The notes: generated by a model not told the origin, from the sequence alone. A DNA stretch of 32,000 nt from Hyperthermus butylicus DSM 5456 (GCF_000015145.1 NC_008818.1:630001-662000); one strand, 5' to 3'. Counted from the stretch's first letter, positions 8,605 through 18,159 are shown. Translations and numbers: made by a program.

Positions 8605-9668
8605 GGAGAGTAGCTCGTCGAGGGAGCTTGGTAACAGCCTCCAGCTGTAGCACGACAGCTACAGGGCCTATGACGGCCAACGCCGTAGGGGCCTCGTAGT
8701 GCACGAGATGCCTCAGCCTCGACAAGCTCTACATCCGGCGTATAGGTTATATCTCTTACAACCTTCTCGAGCGCCGCTACGAGCAGCTTACTATTCTCAA
8801 CACGCTTAACAATAGCTACAACCTCCGCACCCCTCGCCCTGGCGATACCTACTATTTTCACGCGGTCAGCGGTGTTTACGAGGTAGCTTAGCGTGTAGAG
8901 GAGCTTCACAGCATTGCTAATAGTGAATGTGCCCTTCAAGCTCCTAGCCGTGGTATGCAGAGTTTTCAGCAGCCCAGGCGTCATAAAGAGAGGACCGTCC
9001 ACAAGTACCAGGGTGTCATTGGTGGCGCGCTCAGCAATCCAGCCGAGGAGCCGGTTCTCAAGATACTCCCGGTTCTCGTCAAGCATTTTGTTCGGGTCGT
9101 AGCCGCTCCCATAACCCAGGTTCGAGAGCAAGCTGCAGGAGGCTCCGCAGAGGCTCGCGGGAAGCGCCTCGGCCAGCCAGGCTGGATCCACCAGCGGCTC
9201 CGATGCCAGCCAGCCTGGCAGGCTCCAGCCATCATCGAGGCTGGCTGCAAGGCTTGCCGCCGGCGCCTCTGCTGGGACGTATGGGTAGAGCGTCGAGTCC
9301 GGGTAGGTGCCAGCGGTGAAGGCCCCATCATAGTAGGCTACAGCGCCAGCATAAACGCCTAGGCGGAGCGTATAGGCTTCAAGCACGCGGCTACCAGCGT
9401 CGACAGCGTATACACGTCCCGGATGCTCCGGCTCAACACGGGCAAGACTATGCACCATCACAGGCCACAGCTTGTCGCCGCTACGGATAGGCGCCATGGA
9501 ATCGAGTATGCCGCCCACGCGCTGCTCCTCCGAGGCCTCAGCCTCGCCTAGCTGCGAGCCTGGAGGCCCCCGCGAGAGGGGCCGAGGCGGCTCCCTAGCC
9601 AGGCTAGCAGCCAGCCTTCCAGCCGCCTCGGCGATATCCCATATGGTTACCCGGCCAGGTGGGGGCAA
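8601..9668 (-). CDS. NurA-like 5'-3' nuclease domain protein, probably disrupted at its 3' part
   Basis: 355-aa ORF with VYAVDAGSRVLEAYTLRLGVYAGAVAYYDG, NDTLVLVDGPLF and RGAEVVAIVKRVENSKLL, NurA-style motifs. It is upstream of and co-directional with a HerA-like gene. The last ~35 aa (ASRALRGPYGVGRHRPCSCRATAGGCYQ) look out-of-frame. Confidence 0.65.
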   Translation of the reverse strand: MPPPGRVTIWDIAEAAGRLAASLAREPPRPLSRGPPGSQLGEAEASEEQRVGGILDSMAPIRSGDKLWPVMVHSLARVEPEHPGRVYAVDAGSRVLEAYTLRLGVYAGAVAYYDGAFTAGTYPDSTLYPYVPAEAPAASLAASLDDGWSLPGWLASEPLVDPAWLAEALPASLCGASCSLLSNLGYGSGYDPNKMLDENREYLENRLLGWIAERATNDTLVLVDGPLFMTPGLLKTLHTTARSLKGTFTISNAVKLLYTLSYLVNTADRVKIVGIARARGAEVVAIVKRVENSKLLVAALEKVVRDITYTPDVELVEAEASRALRGPYGVGRHRPCSCRATAGGCYQAPSTSYSP

Positions 9669-10230
9669 GACAGCTGCCCCTGAACAGCCACTCCAAAGAG
9701 TGGAGTTGAGGTAATACTAAAAACATTCCCACTACACGGCCACTGGGAACGAAACATGCACACTATCCCACGGCAAACATTACACTATCAGCTGCGCCAT
9801 CTCCCTGGGCGGCAGGCAGTAGATCCCAAGCTATACCACATGCACGCAGTAGCATTGAGCGGTGAGCAGTAGATTAGTGTCACAGCTAGCCAGCGGGATC
9901 GGCAATGATAGCTCCAGCCATAGAGCGTAGCCTGCCCGCTCAATCTGGGCGTAAATCGCTGCTTCGATCCGGGGCTTCGACCTCCTAGGACTCGAAGATG
10001 GCGCGCTAGCGCTTCAGAGCTCGCCGCGTGGAGGCTGGTGAATCGTGTACTATCCCTCTGGTATCCTCCTGGCATAGACTGTCACAAGCTATGGGGATCG
10101 CCGATCTTCGTGGCTGGGAGCTGTGGGCTGGCGTGTCTGGTGGACGGCTGGCCAGAAACCAGCGGTATGTTGTGACGGGCTTCCAGCGTTATGGGGCTGT
10201 TGAGGTGCACGAGGGTGGGGTCCCGTGGTG

Positions 10231-10936
10231 CTAGCATGCTATTATGCCGCGTGGTGTTGGCTTGTACTTGCCCCGGGCGCCCTGGCTGTCTAGCCTCTGG
10301 ACAAGCCCCTTCTCTGCGAGGTCTGTAAGCTTCTTGTGCGCAGTAGACTTGGCCATTTCGAGACTGTCTGATAGCTCCGTCGGGCCCACGGGGTCCCCAT
10401 CTTCTCCCATGCCTCGACAACGCTGCATAGAACTCGCCTGGCAGCCTCGTCTAGTACCTCGCCCCGGAGCGTGTCGGCCCCCACATGGGCTAGTATCGAG
10501 CTATCCTCCATCTCGACTCGGAGGCATATCCTCTCCTGCTCAGCGGGATCCAGCGCTAGCAGCGCAACAGTGGCCGCAATGACTAGGAGGCGGGGCCGCC
10601 AGTCAAGCTCAATACTATGCAGCTACTGGTCTCCCCGAGGGCGCTCCGAAGGATCTTCTTCACCTCCCTTACCAGGCTGGCGAACTCCAGGTCGCCCGCG
10701 CGGTCTCCACCGATTATCCCGGCTGCGTCTAGGCCTACGAGGCTCGAGCTGGCCCCGGTGGAGACTGCTAGCTGGCTAACACTGTTGTAGGCCTTCTCGA
10801 CCCGGCTCCACGCGTCACTGCTAACCCTTAAGCCGACAACGATAATCTTCTTGGGCCGGTGGTCTAGTACGGCGCGTATAACAAACTTCTCGTCGAACCC
10901 CATTGTGGCTATGAGAGTGGGGCACTCCTGGGACAT
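10231..10936 (-). pseudogene. csa3: Csa3-like CRISPR regulator (CARF domain plus winged HTH), interrupted by two apparent frameshifts
   Basis: N-terminal frame: MSQECPTLIATMGFDEKFVIRAVLDHRPKKIIVVG...SCIVLSLTGG (CARF-like). Middle frame: PRLLVIAATVALLALDPAEQERICLRVEMEDSSILAH...VEAWEKMGTP. C-terminal frame: VGPTELSDSLEMAKSTAHKKLTDLAEKGLVQRLDSQGARGKYKPTPRG (wHTH). Joins need a -1 shift at each CCCC run. Confidence 0.75.
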
Positions 10937-11333
10937 CCCCAGGCATGAAAGTGTCCTCCTCCGGAGGACAAGCCGCAACACCTTACAGCCTATCTGAGGA
11001 GGTTCGGTATAAATCTTACCGGTACACTAGGACGTGAACTAGCCCATCTGTCCGGGTGCTAGGAGGCCCCAACGCTTTGAACGCCGCCGCGGAGACTGGC
11101 CGCCCATACGTATGGCTCTATCAGCGGGAGAACATGGCGCAGCCATGAGCTAGCCTTAGCGCCGTGGACTAGCAGTGGAAGGTACGGATCCCGTGTCCTA
11201 CGATCCAGCCCTGTAGCTGGACCATCGCGGTGCTCTGCTTGGGGTGTAGCTGCGTCTATAGGGGTGTAGCCCGCCCCGTAACCCCAGTGAGGCGAAGGGG
11301 TGTCCTCCCGAGGGGGCGTGTGGTGGCGCGAGG

Positions 11334-13316
11334 GTGCCCGCTGGCGGCCGTGTGAAGGGTGCTGAGGCTACCAGGCTCTACCGGGAGATAATGCAGCCCA
11401 TATACTGGTGCGATGACTGTAGAATGGTTGTGATAGGCTCCTGCTCCTGGTGTAGTAGGGATGGTTTGAGGAGGCTGAGGCTCTCCCAGCCCGGCGATAT
11501 AAGGCCAGCCCACGAGCACGACGTGGCTGTCATCCGGGAGGCTTTGGAGTATAGTGTCGGGCGTAGGGCCGCCCAGAGGCTGCTACCCGGCGGCATGGTC
11601 TTCCTAAATAAGGTCCAGGCTATCGATGCGGCGGACGAGGTTGTAGCAGGGGGCCTGGTTATAGGTACAAGGATATACGACGTGTACCGGCGGCGGTGGC
11701 TCTTCAAGCCAGACCGCGAGGGAGCCGTGCTTGTTGTCGAGGAGAAGCTCGGCCACTATGCTGTCCTGCGCCGCAAGCCCCGGGAGGGCGAGATAGTCGA
11801 GAAGAACGAGCTCCTGGAGGCCGACCTGCCCGGAGAGCCAGGGCTCTACGTGGCTTTCTCGGCTCCTGGAGGGGTCTACGGTGTTGCTAAGACGCTGGAG
11901 CGTGGAGGGCTACGCGTGCTGAAGACCTGGGTTCAGAGGCGCCGTGTCGAGAAACCCGTGCCAGCCGGGGACCGGTCGAGGCTCCTCGAGGTGTTCTCTG
12001 AGAGGCTCGAGAGGCTTGAGAGGGAGGCCGTGGAGTTCCTCGAGAACAGGGTTAAGGGGCTGGGCGACGTAATGGTGGCTGTTAGCGGCGGCAAGGACAG
12101 CACCGTAGCGGCAGCACTCGCCGTGAAGGCGGGGCTCCGCAGGGCATACTTCTTCGACACGGGCATAGAGTTCCCCGAGACCATCGAGACCGCGCACCGG
12201 GTAGCCCAAACCCTGGGCCTGGACATGGCCGAGATAAGTGCTGGCAACACGTTCTGGAGGGCCCTCAGACTATTCGGGCCCCCCGCGCGGGACTACCGGT
12301 GGTGCTGCAAGGTCGTAAAGTTCGCCCCCCTCGCCAAGGCGCTGAAGCCCCTGGTCAAGACCAGGCTGGTAACGGTAACCGGGCAGAGGGGCTACGAGTC
12401 AACCCAGCGGGCAATGGCTGGCAAGCTATCACCCTCCGCCACGACGGGCCGGAGGGACCTCCTAGCCGCGCCCATACAGGAGTGGACGAGCCTAGACGTC
12501 TACGCCTACATATGGAGGGAGAAGCTGCCCCTAAACCCCCTATACGAGATGGGCTACGAGCGCGTCGGCTGCTACCTCTGCCCCACCAGCAGGCTTGCAG
12601 AGATAGACGTAGCCCGGAAACGGCACAGGGAGATGTGGCAGCGGTGGGAGGACTACCTGCACCGCTACGCTAGGAGCAGGGGGCTCCCCCGGATCTGGGT
12701 CGACTACGGGTTCTGGAGGTGGAGGTTCAGCTACCCATCCGAGATGATGCACCTAGCCTACAGGCTAGGCGTAAACCCCCACCGGATGCTGGAGAAGCTC
12801 ATAGTAAGCCATGCCCCCCACAGCATAGAGTACAGCAGGGAGGGCGTCTGCCACACACTACACCTGCTAGACGTAAACCACGACCCCCGCGAGGTATTCG
12901 ACCTCCTCAAAACCACCGGGCTCCGGGACCGTGCCAGGCTAGAACCCGACGGAACCATCGTGGTCGTGGACGAGGAGCAGGACATAGTGCTGAGGCTCCG
13001 GCCCAACGGAGTCCTAGAAGTCTGCGGCAAAGGGCTCCAACGGGCAAGCCCCCGGCGGCTAGCAGCCATGGCACGCAAGATCCTAGCCCCAGCATACATG
13101 TCCGGCGCCTGCTACGGCTGCGAGGTATGCGTAGCAGCATGCCCAACCGGCGCCATGAAAGCAGCCCACAAGGTAGACGTGGGCCGCTGTGCCTCCTGCC
13201 AGACATGCACCTTCGTCTGCCCCGCCGGCGGGAAACTAGCACACCACGCAGTCCTGTCTCTAGAGAATGCACTAGCAGCTGAGAGGCAAAGCAGCCGCAG
13301 GGGAGGAAGGCTGTAG
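11334..13316 (+). CDS. PAPS reductase-like PP-loop protein with N-terminal PUA-like region and C-terminal ferredoxin domain
   Basis: 660-aa ORF with N-terminal CDDC...CSWC zinc-like motif, PP-loop VMVAVSGGKDSTVAAALAVKAG, and C-terminal CYGCEVCVAACPTGAM...CASCQTCTFVCPAGG. Confidence 0.88.
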   Translation: MPAGGRVKGAEATRLYREIMQPIYWCDDCRMVVIGSCSWCSRDGLRRLRLSQPGDIRPAHEHDVAVIREALEYSVGRRAAQRLLPGGMVFLNKVQAIDAADEVVAGGLVIGTRIYDVYRRRWLFKPDREGAVLVVEEKLGHYAVLRRKPREGEIVEKNELLEADLPGEPGLYVAFSAPGGVYGVAKTLERGGLRVLKTWVQRRRVEKPVPAGDRSRLLEVFSERLERLEREAVEFLENRVKGLGDVMVAVSGGKDSTVAAALAVKAGLRRAYFFDTGIEFPETIETAHRVAQTLGLDMAEISAGNTFWRALRLFGPPARDYRWCCKVVKFAPLAKALKPLVKTRLVTVTGQRGYESTQRAMAGKLSPSATTGRRDLLAAPIQEWTSLDVYAYIWREKLPLNPLYEMGYERVGCYLCPTSRLAEIDVARKRHREMWQRWEDYLHRYARSRGLPRIWVDYGFWRWRFSYPSEMMHLAYRLGVNPHRMLEKLIVSHAPHSIEYSREGVCHTLHLLDVNHDPREVFDLLKTTGLRDRARLEPDGTIVVVDEEQDIVLRLRPNGVLEVCGKGLQRASPRRLAAMARKILAPAYMSGACYGCEVCVAACPTGAMKAAHKVDVGRCASCQTCTFVCPAGGKLAHHAVLSLENALAAERQSSRRGGRL

Positions 13317-13372
13317 GCACGGCAATACACGATAGGCTTGTGGGAGAAAAACCGCTCTGCCGGGCTAGCTCA

Positions 13373-13546
13373 TCAGCTCATTAGCCTGACTATCTTTGGC
13401 TGCGGCTTAACCTTGTAGTCCTCGAGCTTCAGGTAGAGCTCGATAGCTTTCCTGATAACCTCGCTTCTCGTTACACCCTTGAGACGTGCAAACGTGTCTA
13501 GACGCTCGAGGAGTTCTTCGTCCACCTTGAATGTTACAACTCTCAT
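13373..13546 (-). CDS. Small ribbon-helix-helix (CopG-like) regulator, 57 aa (not in supplied ORF track)
   Basis: Translated manually: [57 protein letters not shown], a canonical RHH pattern. Confidence 0.85.
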   Translation of the reverse strand: MRVVTFKVDEELLERLDTFARLKGVTRSEVIRKAIELYLKLEDYKVKPQPKIVRLMS

Positions 13547-13660
13547 CCCGGGACCGCCCCCAACCCCCAGGCTAGAGAGGGGCAGGCACCTCTTGTAGAA
13601 GATTACCGTGCAGGGTATTACTAGAGGACGCTTACAAGCGCCGGACTACATGCGTTTCGC

Positions 13661-13667
13661 TTAAATA
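13661..13667 (+). promoter_or_regulatory. Putative archaeal TATA box (TTAAATA)
   Basis: cgcttaaatagag about 25 nt upstream of the start of the RHH/coiled-coil ORF; consistent with a near-leaderless transcript. Confidence 0.45.
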
Positions 13668-13684
13668 GAGGCCTCTTGTAGAGA

Positions 13685-14071
13685 GTGTATATGGGGCAGA
13701 GAAGAGTGCCGACAATACACCTCTCGCTGCCAGAGAGCGTTTACAACGAGCTAAAGGAATATGCCGATGAGATGGGGATGCAGATTACCAGCCTAGTCAA
13801 GATGCTAATCCGCGAGGGCCTCGAGAAGCTTAGGCGTGAGCGCGCGGAGAGGATGAGGAAGCAGGAGGAGAAGATGACGCAGGTGATGCTTCAGATACTC
13901 AACGAGCTGGAGCAGCTGCGCCGCGAGCTCCAGGAGTTCCGCACATACACCGAGGGCGAGCTATACAGGCTGAACAGTGTAGTATCAAAGCTTAGGAAGA
14001 GGGTTGACAAGCTCGAGGACGAAGTAGAAGCAAGGCTCATCCACGTAGAGGAGCCCGAGCTGGTGCCCTGA
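13685..14071 (+). CDS. RHH-like DNA-binding protein with C-terminal coiled coil
   Basis: 128-aa ORF: VPTIHLSLPESVYNELKEYADEMGMQITSLVKMLIREGLEKLRRERAERMRKQEE... followed by leucine/charged heptads. Confidence 0.7.
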   Translation: MYMGQRRVPTIHLSLPESVYNELKEYADEMGMQITSLVKMLIREGLEKLRRERAERMRKQEEKMTQVMLQILNELEQLRRELQEFRTYTEGELYRLNSVVSKLRKRVDKLEDEVEARLIHVEEPELVP

Positions 14072-14443
14072 CGCTCACCCGCTTACGCTACGTACGCCCC
14101 CGGCCCCCTGCCGTTGAGGGTCCCCCTGGCGGGCCCCGCCCCGGGACCGCCCCCAACCCCCTCAAACCACTCGTTCTCCCTGCTGTACCCCCGGAGATAC
14201 ACGTACTACTCCGTTGTGAATAGCTCCGTGTGTGTAGTGTATCTGCATGCTGTGCTCTGTTCTAGCGGTGTTTCCCCAGGGTGTGGGGCCTAGCGGCATC
14301 CATGCATGTTTACCTCTAGGTAAAGTGTTATGGTTGTGTCATGGAGGCTGTGTACATGTGGAGTTGCATGGGTTTTACCTGTATGTTACACTATTTGTAT
14401 TCCCGTTTGCAGTGGGGCCCGTGTTGTTATGGGCTGGTAGCAT

Positions 14444-15352
14444 CTAGGGTCGGATTGGTATCTTGAGGTAGTCCTCTGCTGCAACCACGTTGTCGTGGTG
14501 TATTCTTGCCTCGGCTAGGAGGGGGTCGGGTGTTTCGTAGCGTGCACTTATATGGAATAGTACTAGGAGGCGTGCATCTGCAGTGCTGGCGGCTCTGGCT
14601 GCGTCTCTGGCTGTGCTGTGGCCCTGCTCGTAGGCTTCTCGGGCCATGCTACTGGTGAATGTGGCGTCGTGTATTAGCACTGTGGCGTTGCGGGCAGCCT
14701 CTACCACTGTTGGGCAGGGCCTGGTATCGCCCGTATAGACTATCACTGCGCGGGGCTGCTCCTCCACGACCTCCTCCGGCCTCACAATCCTTCCGGCGAC
14801 GGTGACCGGCTCGCCCCGCTGAAGCTTCGCGAGCAGCGGGCCGGGCTCTATGCCGAGCCTCCTAGCCTTCTCGATGTTTATCCTTGGCTTCCTCCGGGGC
14901 TCAACGAGTCTATACCCCATAGCGGGGATTGTGTGGGAGACAGGGAACGACTCGACCTCCAAGCCGCTGGGCAGCACCAGCTTCTCGCCGGGCTCCAGCT
15001 CCGCCACGTAGAGCGGGAAGCCGGGGAGCCACCTGCTGGCCCTAAAGGCTTCGCGGAGAAAGCCGTAGAGCCCCCGTGGCCCTGCTACGAGGAGCGGCGT
15101 CTTCCTGCCGAGCATCCCCATGGACTGTAGTAGGCCGGGAAGCCCGAAGAAGTGGTCGCCGTGCAGGTGGGTGATGAAGATCGCCTCGACGCGGAGCGGG
15201 CTCAGCCCAGCCCGGGTAAGAGCGGCTTGTGTCCCCTCCCCCGCATCTAGCAGCACTATGCTGCCACGGTGTACCACGGCTATGCTTGGGAGCCCCCGGT
15301 ACCGGGTTGGCACAGCCGCGCTCGTGCCGAGAAAGACTATGCCCAGCTCCAA
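14444..15352 (-). CDS. rnz: Ribonuclease Z (tRNA 3' endonuclease)
   Basis: 302-aa ORF: MELGIVFLGTSAAVPTRYRGLPSIAVVHRGSIVLLDAGEGTQAALTRAGL ... IFITHLHGDHFFGLPGLLQSMGMLGR ... TFTSSMAREAYEQGHSTARDAA. Confidence 0.95.
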   Translation of the reverse strand: MELGIVFLGTSAAVPTRYRGLPSIAVVHRGSIVLLDAGEGTQAALTRAGLSPLRVEAIFITHLHGDHFFGLPGLLQSMGMLGRKTPLLVAGPRGLYGFLREAFRASRWLPGFPLYVAELEPGEKLVLPSGLEVESFPVSHTIPAMGYRLVEPRRKPRINIEKARRLGIEPGPLLAKLQRGEPVTVAGRIVRPEEVVEEQPRAVIVYTGDTRPCPTVVEAARNATVLIHDATFTSSMAREAYEQGHSTARDAARAASTADARLLVLFHISARYETPDPLLAEARIHHDNVVAAEDYLKIPIRP

Positions 15353-15361
15353 GGCCCCGGT

Positions 15362-16324
15362 TCAGCCCTCAGACTCGTAGCCAGCCACAGCCTCAAGAAC
15401 GCTTTTCACCGCGTCGGCTGCCAGCCTGCCGACACTGGCTACGTCAACGTCCTCTGGCGCCTTTACAGTATCCGCAACGAGTATATGCACTATACCGGCC
15501 TTCCTCATCTTCTCCAGCGCCTCACCCGCGAAGAGGCCGTGTGTAGCAGCAGCTATCACAACCTCGGCTCCCTGCTCGTAGAGCATCCTAGCAGCCTTAG
15601 CCATGGTGCCGCCGGTGCTGACGATATCGTCTATGAGGACTACAGCTGCGCCACTCACATCCACCAGCTTGGGCCTCAGCACTATCTCTCCCGTAACCCG
15701 GTCCCTCACCTTCTCCAGGTAGTCGAACGGCGCGCCAAGCCTCTCAGCTAGGCTCTTAGCCCTGCCCACCGCGCCCTGATCCGGCGCGATAACGTAGACC
15801 TTCTCCCGGCCCTCAAGCAGCGGACGCAGCTTCTCCGCAAATGCTGGCGCGGGATCAACGTTTACGGCTGGGCCAGGGAACCACTGGAGGCTAACAGTCT
15901 TGTGAATATCAACAGTAACAAAGGCCTCTGCCCCGCTAGCGGCGAGGGAGTAGAAGAGCGCCCTCACGCTAACAGGCTCTCCGCGGAGAAACCTGCGGTC
16001 CTGCCTCGCATACGGAGTATAAGCAGCCACGACAACAACATGCTCCGCACCGAGCCCACGAGCAGCCTCGACCGCCAGGACAGCCTCCCATAGACGCTGC
16101 GTGGGCTCCGGGTAGCCCGTAAACACTATGACCGCAGTGCTTCCCTCAACCTCGCCCGGAAGCCTAACGTAGACCTCGCCGTCAGGGAAAACCTTCACAA
16201 ACCCCTCAACGAGCCTAGCCCCAAGCCCCTCAGCAAGGCCGGAAGCAAAGCTCTCCGGCACAGGCCCAACACGAACGACTACAGCTCCGCCAGCCACACC
16301 CAGCACCCTGGAAGACCAGCCCAC
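15362..16324 (-). CDS. prs: Ribose-phosphate pyrophosphokinase
   Basis: 320-aa ORF: KVFPDGEVYVRLPGEVEG, YTPYARQDRRFLRGEPVSVRALFYSLAASG, VVLIDDIVSTGGTMAKAARML. Confidence 0.93.
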   Translation of the reverse strand: MGWSSRVLGVAGGAVVVRVGPVPESFASGLAEGLGARLVEGFVKVFPDGEVYVRLPGEVEGSTAVIVFTGYPEPTQRLWEAVLAVEAARGLGAEHVVVVAAYTPYARQDRRFLRGEPVSVRALFYSLAASGAEAFVTVDIHKTVSLQWFPGPAVNVDPAPAFAEKLRPLLEGREKVYVIAPDQGAVGRAKSLAERLGAPFDYLEKVRDRVTGEIVLRPKLVDVSGAAVVLIDDIVSTGGTMAKAARMLYEQGAEVVIAAATHGLFAGEALEKMRKAGIVHILVADTVKAPEDVDVASVGRLAADAVKSVLEAVAGYESEG

Positions 16325-16544
16325 GAATTCGAGGAATAAACCCTTAGACTGCCACGCAGGAGCGGAGCTAACTGCAGCTGCTCAGCTAACCGGCTCCCCC
16401 CAGGCAAAGAGCAGCTGCCTAAGAGGCTGACACAGCAATGCTAGGCATACTGTGAGAGTGCTCGCGTAAGGAGCGGAAAAGCTTACCCTACCACGCCTCA
16501 TGGCTAGTTATGGCTAGCCAATCACGCTACGAGGGATCACCCTC

Positions 16545-17298
16545 TATGATAGCTTTGGGCACCAGCGAGCCGGTTATCAATCCGAAGTCGTTGGTTGAAA
16601 ATACAAGCCTCCATGTGACCGTGCCCTGTTGACGTTCTGGTATAGACCCCTCGATCTCGCCAAGCCCCTCCTGGAGGATGCTGAGGAGGAGTCTATGCCG
16701 AGGAAGATACCTATGCTGAGAAGTATCCAGGGCAGGTATGGCGATGCCAGGATATGTGTCTACAAGCTATACTTTGGTGCGCCAGAGTCCTAGCCCTAGA
16801 ACTACTCATAGCTGCCGGCGTAGAGAAACTTGTTGTCTTCGGCGGTGCTGGCGCCATACATCCTCCCCGAGTCAAGATCTACGACCTTGTCGTGTCCACC
16901 TGGGGTATTAGGGAGGAGGGAACAAGCTACCACTACCTGCCCCCCGGGGTGGTCCCCAAGCCTAGCGAGGACATGGTTAAGCTCCTCGTGGATGCTCTCA
17001 GCCCCGTAGCACAGAGACTCGGCATAGGGCTCCACATCGGCGGCGTGTGGACCACGGATGCAGTGTTCCGCGAAACACGGGACAAGGTCGAAAGTACAGC
17101 TCGAAAGGGGTCTTAGCCGTCGATACGGAGAGCACGGCACTAATGGCAGTAGCAATGTACCGTGACGCTAGCCTGGACATAGCCCTCGTAATAACCGATG
17201 AACTCTACGGAGAACAGTGGAGGTTCTGGAGCGACGACAATAGAATGGCCGAGGTAGAGAAAGAGTACTACACAAGCCCTAATAGATGCTCTCGCTAG
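16545..17298 (+). pseudogene. Nucleoside phosphorylase (PNP/UDP family), frameshifted
   Basis: Consecutive fragments in different frames: TFWYRPLDLAKPLLEDAEEESMPRKIPMLRSIQGRYGDARICVYKLYFGAPES* / LALELLIAAGVEKLVVFGGAGAIHPPRVKIYDLVVSTWGIREEGTSYHYLPP...GVWTTDAVFRETRDKVE / YSSKGVLAVDTESTALMAVAMYRDASLDIALVITDELYGEQW. Confidence 0.8.
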
Positions 17299-17458
17299 AG
17301 CCTAGGCACAAGCCTCATCAAGAACACTTTTACATAGTTCTCACATCATCAATCCCTTGTTTGGCTTGTAGACGGAAAACCCTAGGATGCCAGGATGGAT
17401 GTACGAAAAACAATATTATGCGAGTATGCCAGGATATATAGTGTATGCAGTGCATACA

Positions 17459-17620
17459 ATGACTACAGAGTATACTACCATAAGGGTGAAGAGGGAGACA
17501 AAGAAACTCCTAGAAAAGACACTCGTGGCCATGGAATCGAAGCTAGGCAGAAGACTCGACTATGACACGCTACTACGCCTACTAGCCAGGAAGGCACTCA
17601 GGGGAAACCATGGCTGCTAG
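17459..17620 (+). CDS. Small VapB-like antitoxin candidate
   Basis: MTTEYTTIRVKRETKKLLEKTLVAMESKLGRRLDYDTLLRLLARKALRGNHGC, RHH-like, directly before a PIN-domain gene. Confidence 0.6.
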   Translation: MTTEYTTIRVKRETKKLLEKTLVAMESKLGRRLDYDTLLRLLARKALRGNHGC

Positions 17621-17708
17621 AATGGCTAGTCAACAACCCTATAGGACAACACGACACTAACATGGCCCAAGAACTGTTGAGGCGCGAGAGAAAGAGGGAT
17701 GAAAGGCC

Positions 17709-18159
17709 TTGGGCGCCCTAGAGGGTAGAATAGTGCTTGATGCAAGCGTGCTGATAGAGCTACTCGCCGGGAGCCCGGCGGTGAAGCCGCTGGTTGAGGC
17801 GATAATTGCTGGTAGAGTTGAGGCGTACACGTCGAGGCTAAGCATAGTAGAAGCATTATACGTAACCTGCAGGCTCTGGGGAATGGAGAAGGCTAGGGAG
17901 CGGCTCCAAAATACTCCTCGACTCAGAAATGATAGAGGTTGTAGAAGAAGACGAGATATGGGAATACGTTGCCAACTGCAAATGTAGAATACCAATAAGC
18001 CTCGGCTACTGTCATACACTAGCAGCAGCAAAGAAGTACAGGATGAGACCCCTATTCCTCCGCCCCGAGAGAGAACTAGTAGAGAACCAAGACGCCATAG
18101 CAGAATGGCTAGGCATAGCTCCACTCTACTTATCAGAGGCGCAACCCAGGCACGGCTGA
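17709..18159 (+). pseudogene. PIN-domain (VapC-like) toxin, interrupted by a frameshift
   Basis: N-terminal frame IVLDASVLIELLAGSPAVKPLVEAIIAG...TSRLSIVEALYVTCRLWGMEKARERLQ. C-terminal frame ILLDSEMIEVVEEDEIWEYVANCKCRIPISLGYCHTLAAAKKYRMRPLFLRPERELVE. Switch is at about 17910 near CCAAAATAC. Confidence 0.75.

Noticed and set aside
10580-10640. Programmed -1 ribosomal frameshifting in csa3 as the main explanation
   Set aside because: GGCGGCCCC lacks a classic XXXYYYZ heptamer and a second shift is also needed downstream; indel error or pseudogenization is more economical.
12299-13282. Two additional plus-strand ORFs (124 aa and 187 aa) inside the PAPS-reductase-like gene
   Set aside because: Both are Pro/Arg-rich shadow frames of the well-supported 660-aa protein.
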